A DNA stretch of 64,000 bases, taken from NCBI GenBank assembly GCA_000002445.1, contig CM000208.1, forward strand, positions 3,872,001-3,936,000, read 5' to 3'. This document shows positions 21,675 to 33,002 of this stretch, one piece after another. Position numbers and translations under genes: made by a program. This stretch comes from Trypanosoma brucei (taxonomy: Eukaryota). The notes under the pieces were generated by a model. The model had not been told where the DNA came from. It worked only from the letters and a program-made list of their open reading frames with translations, and made no database searches. Position 1 is the first letter of the stretch. Each line of letters opens with the position of its first letter.

Positions 21675-23213
21675 ATGGAAAACACCAACCTACGCACCAA
21701 AACGCTGCGGGACGGTACCACTGCCGAGGAGCTCTTTTCCCAGGATGGACTATCATTCAATGATTTCATAATTTTACCCGGTTTTATTGACTTTGACTCT
21801 TCGAAGGTAAATGTCTCGGGACAGTTTACCAAAAATATTCTTCTTCACCTTCCACTGGTGTCTTCCCCTATGGACACAGTGACGGAGAGCAGCATGGCCC
21901 GTGCCATGGCACTGATGGGGGGCATCGGTGTCATTCACAACAACTGCACTGTGGAGCAGCAGGCACGGATGGTGCGAAGTGTGAAACTGTACCGCAACGG
22001 GTTTATCATGAAGCCAAAGTCTGTCTCCCCCGACGTGCCTGTCTCGACCATTAGGAATATAAAATCGGAGAAGGGTATCAGCGGCATTCTTGTCACAGAA
22101 GGGGGTAAATACGACGGTAAATTGCTGGGTATTGTATGCACCAAGGATATAGACTTCGTAAAGGATGCCAGTGCTCCGGTGTCGCAATACATGACACGGC
22201 GCGAAAATATGACAGTGGAGCGGTACCCTATCAAGTTGGAGGAGGCGATGGATGTACTGAACCGCAGCCGTCACGGATACCTCCCCGTGCTCAATGACAA
22301 GGACGAGGTGGTATGCCTCTGTTCCCGTCGTGATGCCGTCCGCGCGAGGGACTATCCAAACAGTTCTTTGGACCGCAATGGGCATTTGCTTTGTGCGGCG
22401 GCCACCTCCACTCGGGAGGCCGACAAAGGACGTGTGGCAGCTCTGTCAGAGGCGGGTATCGATGTTCTGGTACTTGACAGCTCGCAAGGCAACACAATTT
22501 ATCAGGTGTCTTTCATACGCTGGGTGAAGAAGACATACCCCCACCTCGAGGTTGTGGCCGGTAACGTCGTAACGCAGGACCAGGCGAAGAACCTGATAGA
22601 TGCCGGGGCAGATAGCCTGCGGATCGGGATGGGAAGTGGGAGCATTTGCATCACACAGGAGGTTCTTGCATGCGGTCGGCCCCAGGCAACAGCAATTTAT
22701 AAAGTTGCCCGCTACGCTGCTTCTCGTGGGGTTCCGTGTGTTGCCGATGGTGGCCTGAGGAATGTTGGTGACGTTTGCAAGGCGCTGGCGGTTGGCGCCA
22801 ACGTGGCGATGCTGGGTTCGATGATTGCGGGTACCTCCGAAACGCCTGGGGAGTATTTCTTCAAGGATGGCATGCGGCTCAAGGGCTACCGTGGAATGGG
22901 GAGCATTGATGCTATGCTGCAGGGACGGGAGTCAGGCAAACGGTACCTGTCGGAAAATGAAACCCTGCAAGTGGCACAGGGTGTGGCAGGGGCTGTGCTT
23001 GACAAGGGCTCCGTTCTGAAACTTCTGGCGTACATCCATAAGGGTTTGCAGCAGTCGGCTCAAGATATTGGGGAGGTGAGTTTTGATGCCATAAGGGAGA
23101 AGGTGTACGAAGGTCAAGTTCTCTTTAACCGGCGCAGCCTGACGGCGCAGTCAGAGGGTGCTGTTCACTCGTTGCACCACTACGAGAGGAAACTCTTTGC
23201 CTCGAAGCTCTAA
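21675..23213 (+). CDS. IMPDH: inosine-5'-monophosphate dehydrogenase (IMPDH) with C-terminal PTS1 tripeptide SKL
   Basis: 512 aa. TIM-barrel IMPDH/GMPR signatures are present: the catalytic-Cys loop [16 protein letters not shown], the GGL..GDV..A motif and GSMIAG. A tandem CBS pair is inserted ([34 protein letters not shown]). The ORF ends ..KLFASKL. Its length and the CBS insert favour IMPDH over GMP reductase. Confidence 0.88.
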   Translation: MENTNLRTKTLRDGTTAEELFSQDGLSFNDFIILPGFIDFDSSKVNVSGQFTKNILLHLPLVSSPMDTVTESSMARAMALMGGIGVIHNNCTVEQQARMVRSVKLYRNGFIMKPKSVSPDVPVSTIRNIKSEKGISGILVTEGGKYDGKLLGIVCTKDIDFVKDASAPVSQYMTRRENMTVERYPIKLEEAMDVLNRSRHGYLPVLNDKDEVVCLCSRRDAVRARDYPNSSLDRNGHLLCAAATSTREADKGRVAALSEAGIDVLVLDSSQGNTIYQVSFIRWVKKTYPHLEVVAGNVVTQDQAKNLIDAGADSLRIGMGSGSICITQEVLACGRPQATAIYKVARYAASRGVPCVADGGLRNVGDVCKALAVGANVAMLGSMIAGTSETPGEYFFKDGMRLKGYRGMGSIDAMLQGRESGKRYLSENETLQVAQGVAGAVLDKGSVLKLLAYIHKGLQQSAQDIGEVSFDAIREKVYEGQVLFNRRSLTAQSEGAVHSLHHYERKLFASKL

Positions 23214-25367
23214 GGCAGAAGTGCCCGCACACCCACTTGTCCACTTCCTTTTTGGCACGCAGCAACTGCTAAAGCTCCAAGGGGTTCCGGACGGGGCTGA
23301 AGACGTTCAAGTGGGGTTATATATTACCGTAGTGATGTGCATTTATCAGTGGTGTTTGGGGGCTGTTTATATTGGTTTGGGGGCCGCACCCCATCTGTCA
23401 CCGAGTGACGCTGCGGCAATACAAACGTAGTCAAAAAAAAATGTAAATGGGGATGGGGATGGGTAAAATGGTCGGGAAACACAGGGACAGTAGGAAGAAG
23501 CATATGGGAAAAGAGGCTCATGCATTTGTATTTTTGGCTGCTTGCCTTTATAGTGTTCTCTTCTCTCTCTCCTTTTCGTCCGGGAACCTCGAACCGACGC
23601 GGGTTTTCGGTTCCCCTCGTGTTTGCGGGGTAAGCCGCGACGGAGCCCTTGTTTTTCATCAACTTTCAATCAAGCAAACAAATGGACAACGCCAGAAATA
23701 ATGTGTCTGAGAGGTAATGAGAATAATAATGGTAATAATAATGGTGGTGGAGAGGGATACGAGTCAGCAGTAGGGAGGGGCTGAGAAGTGAACTATAATA
23801 AATGTATGCGTCCGCGGGTGGGGAAGCATGGAAGGGAATACGATGTGCGTGCGTCAAGATGGCGGGTAAACGTTCGGCTGATGCGTGAAGGCGAACAGAG
23901 GGCTACATTTTACCGAAACGATGAACATGAATGCTTTCCTCTGAGGTTCACAGACTACTATTATTATGCGTAATGGCGAAAACGAAGAAGCTGAGCTCAT
24001 AATTTTTTTTAGCAGGGAGAGGGACACTGTAAGTGGGTACATTTCATTACTTAGTGCTGTGTCTGAAAGTTCTTTTTTTTTTTCGCTCTGTCTCCGACCC
24101 CCCCTCACTTTGTGATTCCCACACTGCTCTCTACCAGATTTGTGGCTTTTGGCCCACTGCTATGCCGGAAGTGAAGATGATGTTGTGTTGCGTGCTCCCA
24201 TGGTGGGTACATTGGTTCCTTACGTCGACGTACCCGGAAATGAGGCACAACGCATCGATGCAGTAAGGAAGATGCGGTAAAAAAGTGTGCTGACAGGGGA
24301 GAATCGCCTGATAAAGGAACAACACGACTGATGGAAAGAAAACAAACGGCATGGCAGCTGAGCAACAGGAAGGTGATGGATTTAATGAAGTAGGATAGCG
24401 GTCGGGTTGTCATGGGCGTGGGAACTTCAGGATTCGCGCATGTCGCTCCTTCTAGGGGATGACTCGTGTCTCTGTCCGTTTTTGGATCTAGTTTTTAACA
24501 AATACCTACTTCCTTCACATGAATGCTGCACTGGTCTCAGGGACAGCAGGCCGTTCCGTGGAATGACAGGGATCGTCCCGTTTATGAATGCATACAAACG
24601 GCAGAAATCGATGCAGAGGCCAAAGCTAGAAGCCTGGGGAACTGTGCGACCGTGGATTTGTGTGGAGGAGGAACAAGCGTAAGGGATATTGTCGTCGTCA
24701 CTTTAGGTCGGTTCAACCCCCGTCACCCTGTCAGTACGGTTGGGAACATATTTTACTTTTTATTTTTTGCAGTGCTCCTTACCCGCTTTCGACATGGCGA
24801 CGGGCGCGTGACAGAACAATACATCCTTTCCCAGGATCCCTGCGGTGAAGTTAGAAATGACAGAAACCATCTGCCACGGCGGGTTGGCACAATGCCCGGG
24901 AAAGGGGAGGGGCAGCGGGTTTTTCCTCACCCAAGAATCCTGGTGCCTGTTCTCGACTCAAGCCTGGTTGTCGCGGGCCATCCGCAGCGGCATCGCAGTT
25001 TCCCAAAGAGGGCGGTAGTGCTCAGTCTCCTATTCGCATGAATAATGTACCGAACCTTAGCACCACGACGCGATATTTGCTGCGACGCCGGGGTAAGAGA
25101 GTACGTTCACAACAGTTAACAAGAATGAGAACGGCGCGGTGGAGTCCTTCTGTACATTCTGAATCGGATGATGTTGTAGCATTTGTCGGCAATTTTTTAA
25201 CGTCACTGAGAAGACGTCGGGGAGTTGTGGGCGGTTCACTAACAGTCGCACGTTCCCTCGATGTTGCTTACCTCTCCTTTACCTTTGCAGTAGCGTGCTT
25301 CCCCCTTGTGGAGCTAGTGGGAAATAGGAAAGGTTTGAGTAAGTGCCCCAACTGAAGTAGAGCGTGC

Positions 25368-26186
25368 GTGGGGGCCCACTACAACATGTCACTCCCAATT
25401 ATGAGTGTGGTGCGGATGGCGGTACAAGAACTCCCGCTGCTATCGTTTGCGCCAACCTCGCTGGTGAGCGATGGATGTGTCTTTCTTCCCACTCTCTCGG
25501 ACTGCTCCGCGTTTGCAGGTTGCAGCATCACATCCGCCACACTGCAGTGCGATGGGACACTGCTCATCAAAGTTGTGCCCGCAATTCTGCGACTCATTCC
25601 GTTAAAAGGAATTTCATCATCACACGGCTACTCTTCGTTAGCCGCGGGCGGTTCGCATAGCGAGGCAGTGGCATTACTGAAAGGTCTCCCAACGGTTCGA
25701 CTACAGGCCGTCTCGCCGGTTTTTCCACTTTTTACGCCCGGAGGTTGTGTGGAATATTTCTCCGCTACGAGCCAGCAGACAACTGCTGCCGTACCGGTAC
25801 TGACAAATACCATACGGGAACATTTGCGGCGCCTCCGTGCATACGTTCCACAACATTTAGATGAACTCGTTCCGTCAGCACCCTCCAAAGTGTCCTCATG
25901 GTTTGTTGTGTCCTACCCGGGTGCGGACGCCGTGCCAGAGCCATGTTTGTTTGTACTTCCGGACGTACTTGTTGTCCGGACAGTAATGTCACAGGTAGGT
26001 AGTAGGAAAATTCCGCCTCACCACAAACGTTCCGTGGCCGTTATGGGACAGAGCGGGGTGGCCAAATTACTTGAGGAACTAAAGTGGTCCGGGTGTGCTG
26101 TTCGCGTCGTCGACGATGCTAATCATGTTTGTGTTTTGCCTCCAACACTCACGGCGGCATCGCAGATGAAACAAGTAACCCATTGA
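25368..26186 (+). CDS. hypothetical protein, 272 aa
   Basis: This is the only sizeable same-strand ORF in the 3.4-kb interval between IMPDH and the FtsH-like gene. No recognisable domain. Support is weak. Confidence 0.3.
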   Translation: MGAHYNMSLPIMSVVRMAVQELPLLSFAPTSLVSDGCVFLPTLSDCSAFAGCSITSATLQCDGTLLIKVVPAILRLIPLKGISSSHGYSSLAAGGSHSEAVALLKGLPTVRLQAVSPVFPLFTPGGCVEYFSATSQQTTAAVPVLTNTIREHLRRLRAYVPQHLDELVPSAPSKVSSWFVVSYPGADAVPEPCLFVLPDVLVVRTVMSQVGSRKIPPHHKRSVAVMGQSGVAKLLEELKWSGCAVRVVDDANHVCVLPPTLTAASQMKQVTH

Positions 26187-26663
26187 CAGCCGTGTCATGT
26201 CCTCTCCATTTGAACACTAACGTTTGAACTTTTCTCACCCTTGTTTCTTTTCCGCCTCTCTATCGGACCTTTGGTTTATCTGATTATTTTGTTTCTTATA
26301 CTTTTGTGGTTTCATATGCTCTTCCTGTCATCTGCAAGGGGATTCCACATGCCGGCGTTGGGTAGCAGGTGTCCCCCCCCCTCCGTCGCAGTTAGCAACG
26401 TTTCCTCTTTTTTTTTTTTCGCCGCTCATGCTGGTCTAGCGCGTGTGGGTCATCACACAACCTGTTTTTTTTTTTCAAGATCCCCTATTCCTCACCTTGT
26501 GGTGTCTCTTGTTTTCGCTTGTAGGAACAAAGGAAAGGACACATCGGTGAGCACGACCGTCGGTGTGTTACTCGCGCCAGCAGCATCTAACGGGCCGGCA
26601 CGCATCCTCGTATCTATCAGGGACATCCACTGGTAGTCAGACTTCCGTATTGTATCCAATAGG

Positions 26664-28397
26664 ATGGATCCCCTGTCGCGTGATGCCCGTGCTTCCAACT
26701 TACCGTCATATTACCGTGGATTTTATGATGCTCAGCAGCGTCGGCCGACAAAGAATGTGGAACCCTCCGTCACGCAGGCGTTTGGTGGTGCTTTCTTGGC
26801 CGCAGTTCCGCTCGCTGCACTATACTTTTTTCTGAGGCGCCGATCCGCCGCTGCCGTGAAAGTTGCGGCGCCCAATGCAAAACCCTCGGGCTTTTTTGCA
26901 GACGTGATGAAAGCAATGCAAAAACAAATGAACCCACTGGGGGACAAAAATTTCCGTGTGGACGTGACAGACACCAAGTTCAAGGATGTTATTGGCATCC
27001 CAGAGGCAGTGGAAGAAATCCAGCAGTACGTTAAGTTTCTTCAGACTCCGGAGCGTTTCACACGGCTAGGGGCGCGGCTTCCCAAAGGTTGTCTGCTGAC
27101 GGGCCAGCCCGGAACGGGGAAAACGTTATTGGCGAAGGCCGTGGCTGGGGAAGCTGGTGTTCCCTTCTTCTCCTGCAGTGGGGCGGACTTCATTGAAGTG
27201 TACGCGGGCTCTGGGCCCAAGCGTGTCCGGGAGCTCTTTGCGGAAGCAAAGAAGGTGGCGCCATCCGTCGTTTTTTTAGACGAGATTGACGCTGTTGGGA
27301 CTCGTGGCGGCGAACAGGATGCTGGCGGCGTGACTTCGGAGGAAAACCGGACCGTCAATCAACTTCTTGCTGAACTTGACGGCCTCGGCGCAAGCGAGGC
27401 CGTGGTTGTGTTTGCAGCCACAAATTTTATGGATAACATAGACAAGGCTCTCCTACGTGAAGGTCGGTTTGACCGCAAGATCGAGGTGCCTATGCCCGAT
27501 CGCCAAGCACGGGAAGATCTTTTTAGGCATTACCTTAAGAGAATTGTCGCGTCTGACGTGGAGGTCAAAGCACAACGTCTCGCGGGGCTTACTCCAGGGG
27601 TGTCTCCAGCAGCCATATCGACCATCGTGAATGAGGCGGCCCTCGCGGCTGCGGTGCGGGGCGACGGCGAGGTGACGGAGCAGACATTGCTTCCGGCTGT
27701 CGATGATGTTCTTCTAGGGAAAAAGCACCGCAGTTACATGACTGACGCAGCGCTTCGCCGTGTAGCCTTGCACGAAAGCGGGCATGCGCTTGTAGCGTGG
27801 CTACTTCCACAACAACCCGACGTTGTTAAGCTGTCCGTGACGCCGCGTGGATGTGCGGCGGGTTTCACCCAGCAACTAGGAAGGGAGGCACTCGATATGC
27901 ACACTGATTTGTCACTCTTCACGGACCTCTGTGTTTTACTCGCTGGGCGCCTTGCAGAAGCCACGCGCTACGACGGACTCACAACGGGGGCACAGGACGA
28001 CTATCAACGCGCCACGCAAGCTGCCATACAGCAGTTTCTTTCATTCGGCATGTCTCAAAGCGTTGGGTTACTTGCATACGAACCGCAGAGACTGAATGAG
28101 GGTCGAATTTATCAACGTCACTCCGAGAAGGCGCAAGCGATGGCCGAGGTTGAAGCTGCACGTCTGGTCGAAGTTGCACAACGCTTTACGCAGACGCTCA
28201 TTGCTGCAAATGCAAACACTCTGCACAGAGTGGCGGATGCCCTGGTGGTCAAGCGGGAACTTCTTTCCGATGAATTGGCGGCTTTGATGGGAAAGCGGGG
28301 AACAGTACGGTTGACGAAAGAAGCAAAAGAAGCGCTTGCTGAATTTTTGAGGAAGGCTGAGGAACACAGGCCCTCGTTCAGTGATGTGACAGCCTGA
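26664..28397 (+). CDS. FtsH-like ATP-dependent zinc metalloprotease (AAA+ domain plus M41 peptidase domain)
   Basis: 577 aa. It has an N-terminal TM helix (FGGAFLAAVPLAALYFFL), Walker A GQPGTGKTLLAKAVAGE, Walker B VVFLDEIDAVG, the SRH segment TNFMDNIDKALLREGRFDRKI and the zinc-binding HESGHALVAW (HExxH). Confidence 0.8.
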   Translation: MDPLSRDARASNLPSYYRGFYDAQQRRPTKNVEPSVTQAFGGAFLAAVPLAALYFFLRRRSAAAVKVAAPNAKPSGFFADVMKAMQKQMNPLGDKNFRVDVTDTKFKDVIGIPEAVEEIQQYVKFLQTPERFTRLGARLPKGCLLTGQPGTGKTLLAKAVAGEAGVPFFSCSGADFIEVYAGSGPKRVRELFAEAKKVAPSVVFLDEIDAVGTRGGEQDAGGVTSEENRTVNQLLAELDGLGASEAVVVFAATNFMDNIDKALLREGRFDRKIEVPMPDRQAREDLFRHYLKRIVASDVEVKAQRLAGLTPGVSPAAISTIVNEAALAAAVRGDGEVTEQTLLPAVDDVLLGKKHRSYMTDAALRRVALHESGHALVAWLLPQQPDVVKLSVTPRGCAAGFTQQLGREALDMHTDLSLFTDLCVLLAGRLAEATRYDGLTTGAQDDYQRATQAAIQQFLSFGMSQSVGLLAYEPQRLNEGRIYQRHSEKAQAMAEVEAARLVEVAQRFTQTLIAANANTLHRVADALVVKRELLSDELAALMGKRGTVRLTKEAKEALAEFLRKAEEHRPSFSDVTA

Positions 28398-28604
28398 GGT
28401 GTCAAATGGTATATGTTGTTTGTTTGCGCAGTAGCGCACCTTAGTATTAGTGGAGGACTTGTTTATTTTGTTGGCACCGTTGCTATTATGGATGCCTTGC
28501 CTCTGCGACCTTATTCCCCTACCTGTAACGCTGCGCGATACCGAGTTTCTTGATAAGGATTTTTTTTTGCATTTATTTTAACAATTCGTAAGACGCAGTG
28601 GTGG

Positions 28605-28721
28605 ATGTTTTTTGATTACCCTTCACTCAGCCTTCTTCATCTCACTTTTCTTTTCTTTTCCACCTCCTTTATTCTTACTTCACTTGAGCTCTTGCAGACA
28701 CGCCGTGCGTGCAGACTTGCA
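28605..28721 (+). promoter_or_regulatory. polypyrimidine tract / probable splice-acceptor region
   Basis: cttcttcatctcacttttcttttcttttccacctcctttattcttacttcacttgagctcttgcag precedes the ATG at 28722. The track ORF starts at 28605 only because this tract happens to be open. Confidence 0.4.
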
Positions 28722-29624
28722 ATGAGCGACAGTCAAATGGACTGCACGGCTGTGTGGCCCAGCCAGGTGCAATACGTGGACGCAGGTGAACGGACACTTC
28801 TGTACCGTAGCAGGCGAGGATGTGTTTACCGCGTTTTCTCGAAAGAGCGAAATGAGTGGCTTGTGCTGAAAGAGGAGGAAGTCCTTGAGCCCAACAATCT
28901 CGTACGCGCGGTGACGGCGGTGCAGAGTTTGCAATCACAGTTCCTTCTGTATCACTATAGCGTTCGCGTTCAAGACGGCCGCATGGCGGCGCTGCTGATG
29001 GAACAAATGGACTTTACCCTCCGCGATGTGCTGGCAGTCCAAAGCCGACTTGCAGAGGCGCAAGTGAGGGCAATTGCGCTGGTTGCCCTAAATGCTCTGG
29101 CAGACCTGCACGAAAGGGCTGGAATGGTTCACGGGGATCTGAGCCCGGCGAATATTTTTTTTAGGCGAACTGGGGAAATGCGCCTCGGTGATTTTTCTAG
29201 TGCCGTCCCCATTGACGCTGCGGTGGAGTATTTTGCTAGCACGGTGTTGTACTCTCCTGTGGAAGCGTTGCGAAATCGGCAGCTGGTCTCCAGACCCAGT
29301 AGTGACATTTGGGCGCTCGGTGTCGTGCTGAATCACTGCGTTAGCGGTGAACGTCATCCCTTTGTCGCCGCGGGGGCCAGCGATTTCTGGAAATTTCTGT
29401 CAGAATTAGCCGAGGCAGAGGAAGAGACTCGCCGGTTACAGCTCCAGACTCACATCAGCGGTGAGTTTAGCGAATTACTAAGTGGGATGCTGTCCTGGAA
29501 TCCTGCGTCCCGCCCAACCGCAAAGGAATTGCTTAACAGCCGCTGCCTTTCGCAGATGAGCATGTGTTCCGCCAGAGAAACATTGTGGTCCTTGGTTTCT
29601 GAGCATTGTAGTCTGAGAAGTTAA
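28722..29624 (+). CDS. protein-kinase-like protein with degenerate catalytic motifs (possible pseudokinase)
   Basis: Kinase-fold segments are MVHGDLSPANIFF (HGD instead of HRD), RLGDFSSAV (DFS instead of DFG) and SDIWALGVVL (subdomain IX-like). No canonical GxGxxG loop. Confidence 0.5.
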   Translation: MSDSQMDCTAVWPSQVQYVDAGERTLLYRSRRGCVYRVFSKERNEWLVLKEEEVLEPNNLVRAVTAVQSLQSQFLLYHYSVRVQDGRMAALLMEQMDFTLRDVLAVQSRLAEAQVRAIALVALNALADLHERAGMVHGDLSPANIFFRRTGEMRLGDFSSAVPIDAAVEYFASTVLYSPVEALRNRQLVSRPSSDIWALGVVLNHCVSGERHPFVAAGASDFWKFLSELAEAEEETRRLQLQTHISGEFSELLSGMLSWNPASRPTAKELLNSRCLSQMSMCSARETLWSLVSEHCSLRS

Positions 29625-29755
29625 ATGTGTACATTCGCTGTTGTTTCGCACACTAGTTGAGCGTCTACCCCATCAGTGTTTTCATTTTCTGTTCGGTAAC
29701 TGTGGCCCTTCCTCTTCACTTTCTTCCCCGTGTTTTTCTTTCATTTTGTACAGCC

Positions 29756-30679
29756 ATGAGGTTCATCAACCAAGCAGCGTCTGACCGTGCGGTCATCAAT
29801 GCCGGAGGACGTCGGTTTGAAACTCTCTTCAGCACTTTGCATCGTTACCCTGACACGCCTTTCGCTCAGCTCTTTCCACTGCCCGGTCGTGGCGCCCGCC
29901 AACACCGGGGCCGTGAATTCTTTTTGGATGTCACTCCACATGTTTTCGAGTACATTCTGGGATTCCTGCGGACCAACCAACTGAACCTCCCAGCTGAGAA
30001 TTTGCAGATACGGGCGGAGGTAGTTTACTCTATGAACCAGTGGGGGCTTCTAGAGCATGCCTTCCCGCCGGAAGTTATTGAAGACGGTGAAGGTTGCAGC
30101 ACTGGAGGTGCGGTGGTTAAGCTCCCTGATGTTTGTGTCGTTCAGGTTTGCGACCACATGCAACACGACCAAGGAGTGAAGCGGCATGCGTTAACCATTA
30201 CTTACGGTGCGGATGGCTTTCAGCTCCGTTCGCTCATTCGCCGCGTGCGACGTGACCTTGAGCGCCAGCTATCGTCAACTTACTGGCAGTGCTATCAAAC
30301 CAATGAACGGGCAGCCTTCTTTGTCACGACTAAGGTGGCTAATGGAACTGCCGACCTTCTCACAACGTCCGTGACGCAGCAACTTGTAGAGCACACAGAA
30401 TCAATGGGTTACTCACTGGCTTCGTCATACGTGACGCTGAGCCCGGACGTTGTACACACCAGCGTACGCATGCTAATTCACAATTTTACCTTCCGTCGCA
30501 GTAGGCGGGTTGAAGTGGAGCCAGGTGATGGAATTGCATTAGGAGAGGGCAGTGAAACCATCGAGGCTGAGCCCAATATACCGACGATGCACGTGGGACC
30601 AAGGAGGGAACCACTTAATGCAGCCGAGTCGATTCCACCAAGAAACGAAAGGGCAGTTAATATTTGGACGGTGGACTGA
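29756..30679 (+). CDS. BTB/POZ domain protein of the K+-channel-tetramerisation (T1/KCTD) type
   Basis: VINAGGRRFETLFSTLHRYPDTPFAQLF..REFFLDVTPHVFEYILGFLRTNQLNLP matches the BTB_2/T1 pattern. The N-terminal 33 codons of the track ORF are pyrimidine-tract read-through. Confidence 0.55.
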   Translation: MRFINQAASDRAVINAGGRRFETLFSTLHRYPDTPFAQLFPLPGRGARQHRGREFFLDVTPHVFEYILGFLRTNQLNLPAENLQIRAEVVYSMNQWGLLEHAFPPEVIEDGEGCSTGGAVVKLPDVCVVQVCDHMQHDQGVKRHALTITYGADGFQLRSLIRRVRRDLERQLSSTYWQCYQTNERAAFFVTTKVANGTADLLTTSVTQQLVEHTESMGYSLASSYVTLSPDVVHTSVRMLIHNFTFRRSRRVEVEPGDGIALGEGSETIEAEPNIPTMHVGPRREPLNAAESIPPRNERAVNIWTVD

Positions 30680-31862
30680 TGGATGGAAGTCACTGAAGGG
30701 TATCGATCGCGCTTGTTTGCATCCATACCTCATGCCGTTGGTAACTCGATTTTAGGCGCAAGTAAAGTACGCTTACTGTTTCTATTCACTTCGTGACTCA
30801 TCATGCTTTTTGCTGGTGTTCATGCATGCTCTGGAAGTGCTTGAAATAGGTTCAGGGGGGGCGAGGTGCGTTAATATCCCTTGGAGATAGTGCAACTTCC
30901 AAACAAGTGTGCAATTGTCTCATCTTGGGTAGAACCATTGGGCTCCAGGAGAAGGCAAAAGCGGGGACGCTGTACCTCTGTGATTAAGTTGACTGCAAGG
31001 GGGGCAGATGTCAGGTGCCCCGTGCCGCGCCGTGCTGCCGCTAGTTGGGCGTGTTCCTACTGCGTCTCCCACTCTAGCGACTAGGACCCTGCCGATGCAA
31101 CGACATTTCAGATTGTTAGGGTGGGTTCCGTGTTGCTTCACCCAGGATATTTGAAGTAGCACCCCATACGGTGCCATCAAGGTGCGCTGTTCTCGCGTTC
31201 AACATCACAATTATCTCAATGTGTGTGTAAGGACATTCGCCTTCATACGAGACCAGGGCGCAGAAGCTGAGTCGTCTTCCCTGAGACATCCTCTTTTTTG
31301 TTTTTTTTCGAGCGTGAAGGCGGAGTGCCACTTTCTAAGACTGATTTTTGCATCACTCTCCAGCAGCCTTTCTAGAGTGCGTTCTGTGCCCTTTCTTCAT
31401 AACAGTGTGTTCCTCACCGCTGCCGGAACTCAGCCGATACACTTGGGTGGGTCCTTTCCCACGGAGAAGGAATGGTTAGGGTTACGCCACTGCTGTTCGG
31501 CCTGTCTGTTTGCACAGCATCTGGCGGGGACAAGGCTCTCTTTGAGTATTGCAATATTTTACTTACTCCGGGGAGGGCTTCGCAGCTTTTGAGAGGGGCT
31601 TGAAAACTCGGGCTGTACCTGGTGAGGGGAAGGGGAAAGTTTTGCTGTACGCCTTTTGTTTCCCTTTGATGTTACGGGCCACGGTAAGTGTAAGTTTTCC
31701 ACACGTGTTTACATGCGCACGCGTTGCGTGCTAAATTCGCTGCTGGATATTTTTCCGCCACCCCTTACGGTTTCAGTTTCACAATGTTTCTCTGAGCACT
31801 ATCCTCCGTTCGTTTACGTTGGGGTATTTAGTTAACTTCATGCATTTTGAACGTGTTGAAGT

Positions 31863-33002
31863 GTGACGTCGTCAGATGGCTCCTCTTTGCTGCAATTCGA
31901 TCTAGCCTGTGCGACGGCACTGAACCACTATACCCGATGCACGGAGCTGGGGAAGGATAAGCAAGAGCAAGGTAAACCATCTGCATCTGGGAATGAAGTG
32001 TGTTCCACCGGGCTTCGGGTGTACCATGGCGCTCATGTACTAGCCGCCTTTCTGGCTAAGTTTGGTAAATGCCTATTGCCCAGCGAAGCTGAGCACGACA
32101 CATCTGCGGGCTGCCGACCATGGGCGGTTGAATTGGGATGTGGCTGTGGATTAGTTGGCTTCACCACTGCGATGCTCTTCCCGCACCTTAGTGTGGCCTT
32201 CACGGACGCGTCCAAAGACTGCTTGAGCCTTGTGGCGGCAAGCGCGGAGCAACTTGGGTTGGCACTGCTTCAGGTTGGTAGTGATGAGTTGGTTAGGCCC
32301 CTTCCGTGCAGCATGGAGGGACGGGCGTTGCTATCTTGTGAACTGGAGTGGGGTGAAGAGGGTTCCGAGCGCCTCCTCCGTGTGCTGTCGCATCTGTGTT
32401 CAGGGTCCCATCTGCGTCGCCCTACACGCGCTATTCGGTTGGTATTGGGTTCAGATCTGATGTACTACCGCGTGGATATTAGGGAACTGCTTACCACCTG
32501 CAAGATGCTGCTTCATCCTGGTGTGGGCAATGACGATGGCGAGGCGCATTGTGAGGAAGATACGGACTGTCTCTCCCCCCGTTTCGTCGTGCTCGCTCAC
32601 TTCATGCGCATCCCGGAAGGAGATAAGAAGCTCAAGTCCTGTGCGGATAAATTGGGGTTCGGTGCTGTCCGAGTTCCAATTGACACTTTCCTTGAGCCGT
32701 GCGTAGTCCAGAGTCGAGGGTGGAATGGAACATCTGTCATTCTCCTGTTCCTCCGGTCCTTATCGTTAGGCGGCATTCGACGGGGCACGCTGCCGGCTGA
32801 CGTGGCAAGCCGGGCGTGTTCTACGGACTGTGAGCGGGAAGACCTTATCGAAGCGAAAAAGCTGTTGCATGGAGAACAGTTTTCCCTTCTCCGTGAATGC
32901 TTGACCTGTTATTCCACGGCGGCGGCTGAGGGAGGCGTTGGTAAACCCACGAATGAAGCAGGGGATATGTGTGATTTGAAAATTCTTCCATTTGCTGTGT
33001 AA
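31863..33002 (+). CDS. putative protein-lysine methyltransferase (Methyltransf_16/METTL21-like seven-beta-strand family)
   Basis: AVELGCGCGLVGFTTA (SAM motif I, cf. LELGAGTGLVGI), the following acidic residue in FTDAS, and VLGSDLMYY (cf. ILGADVVY post-II motif). Confidence 0.5.
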   Translation: MTSSDGSSLLQFDLACATALNHYTRCTELGKDKQEQGKPSASGNEVCSTGLRVYHGAHVLAAFLAKFGKCLLPSEAEHDTSAGCRPWAVELGCGCGLVGFTTAMLFPHLSVAFTDASKDCLSLVAASAEQLGLALLQVGSDELVRPLPCSMEGRALLSCELEWGEEGSERLLRVLSHLCSGSHLRRPTRAIRLVLGSDLMYYRVDIRELLTTCKMLLHPGVGNDDGEAHCEEDTDCLSPRFVVLAHFMRIPEGDKKLKSCADKLGFGAVRVPIDTFLEPCVVQSRGWNGTSVILLFLRSLSLGGIRRGTLPADVASRACSTDCEREDLIEAKKLLHGEQFSLLRECLTCYSTAAAEGGVGKPTNEAGDMCDLKILPFAV

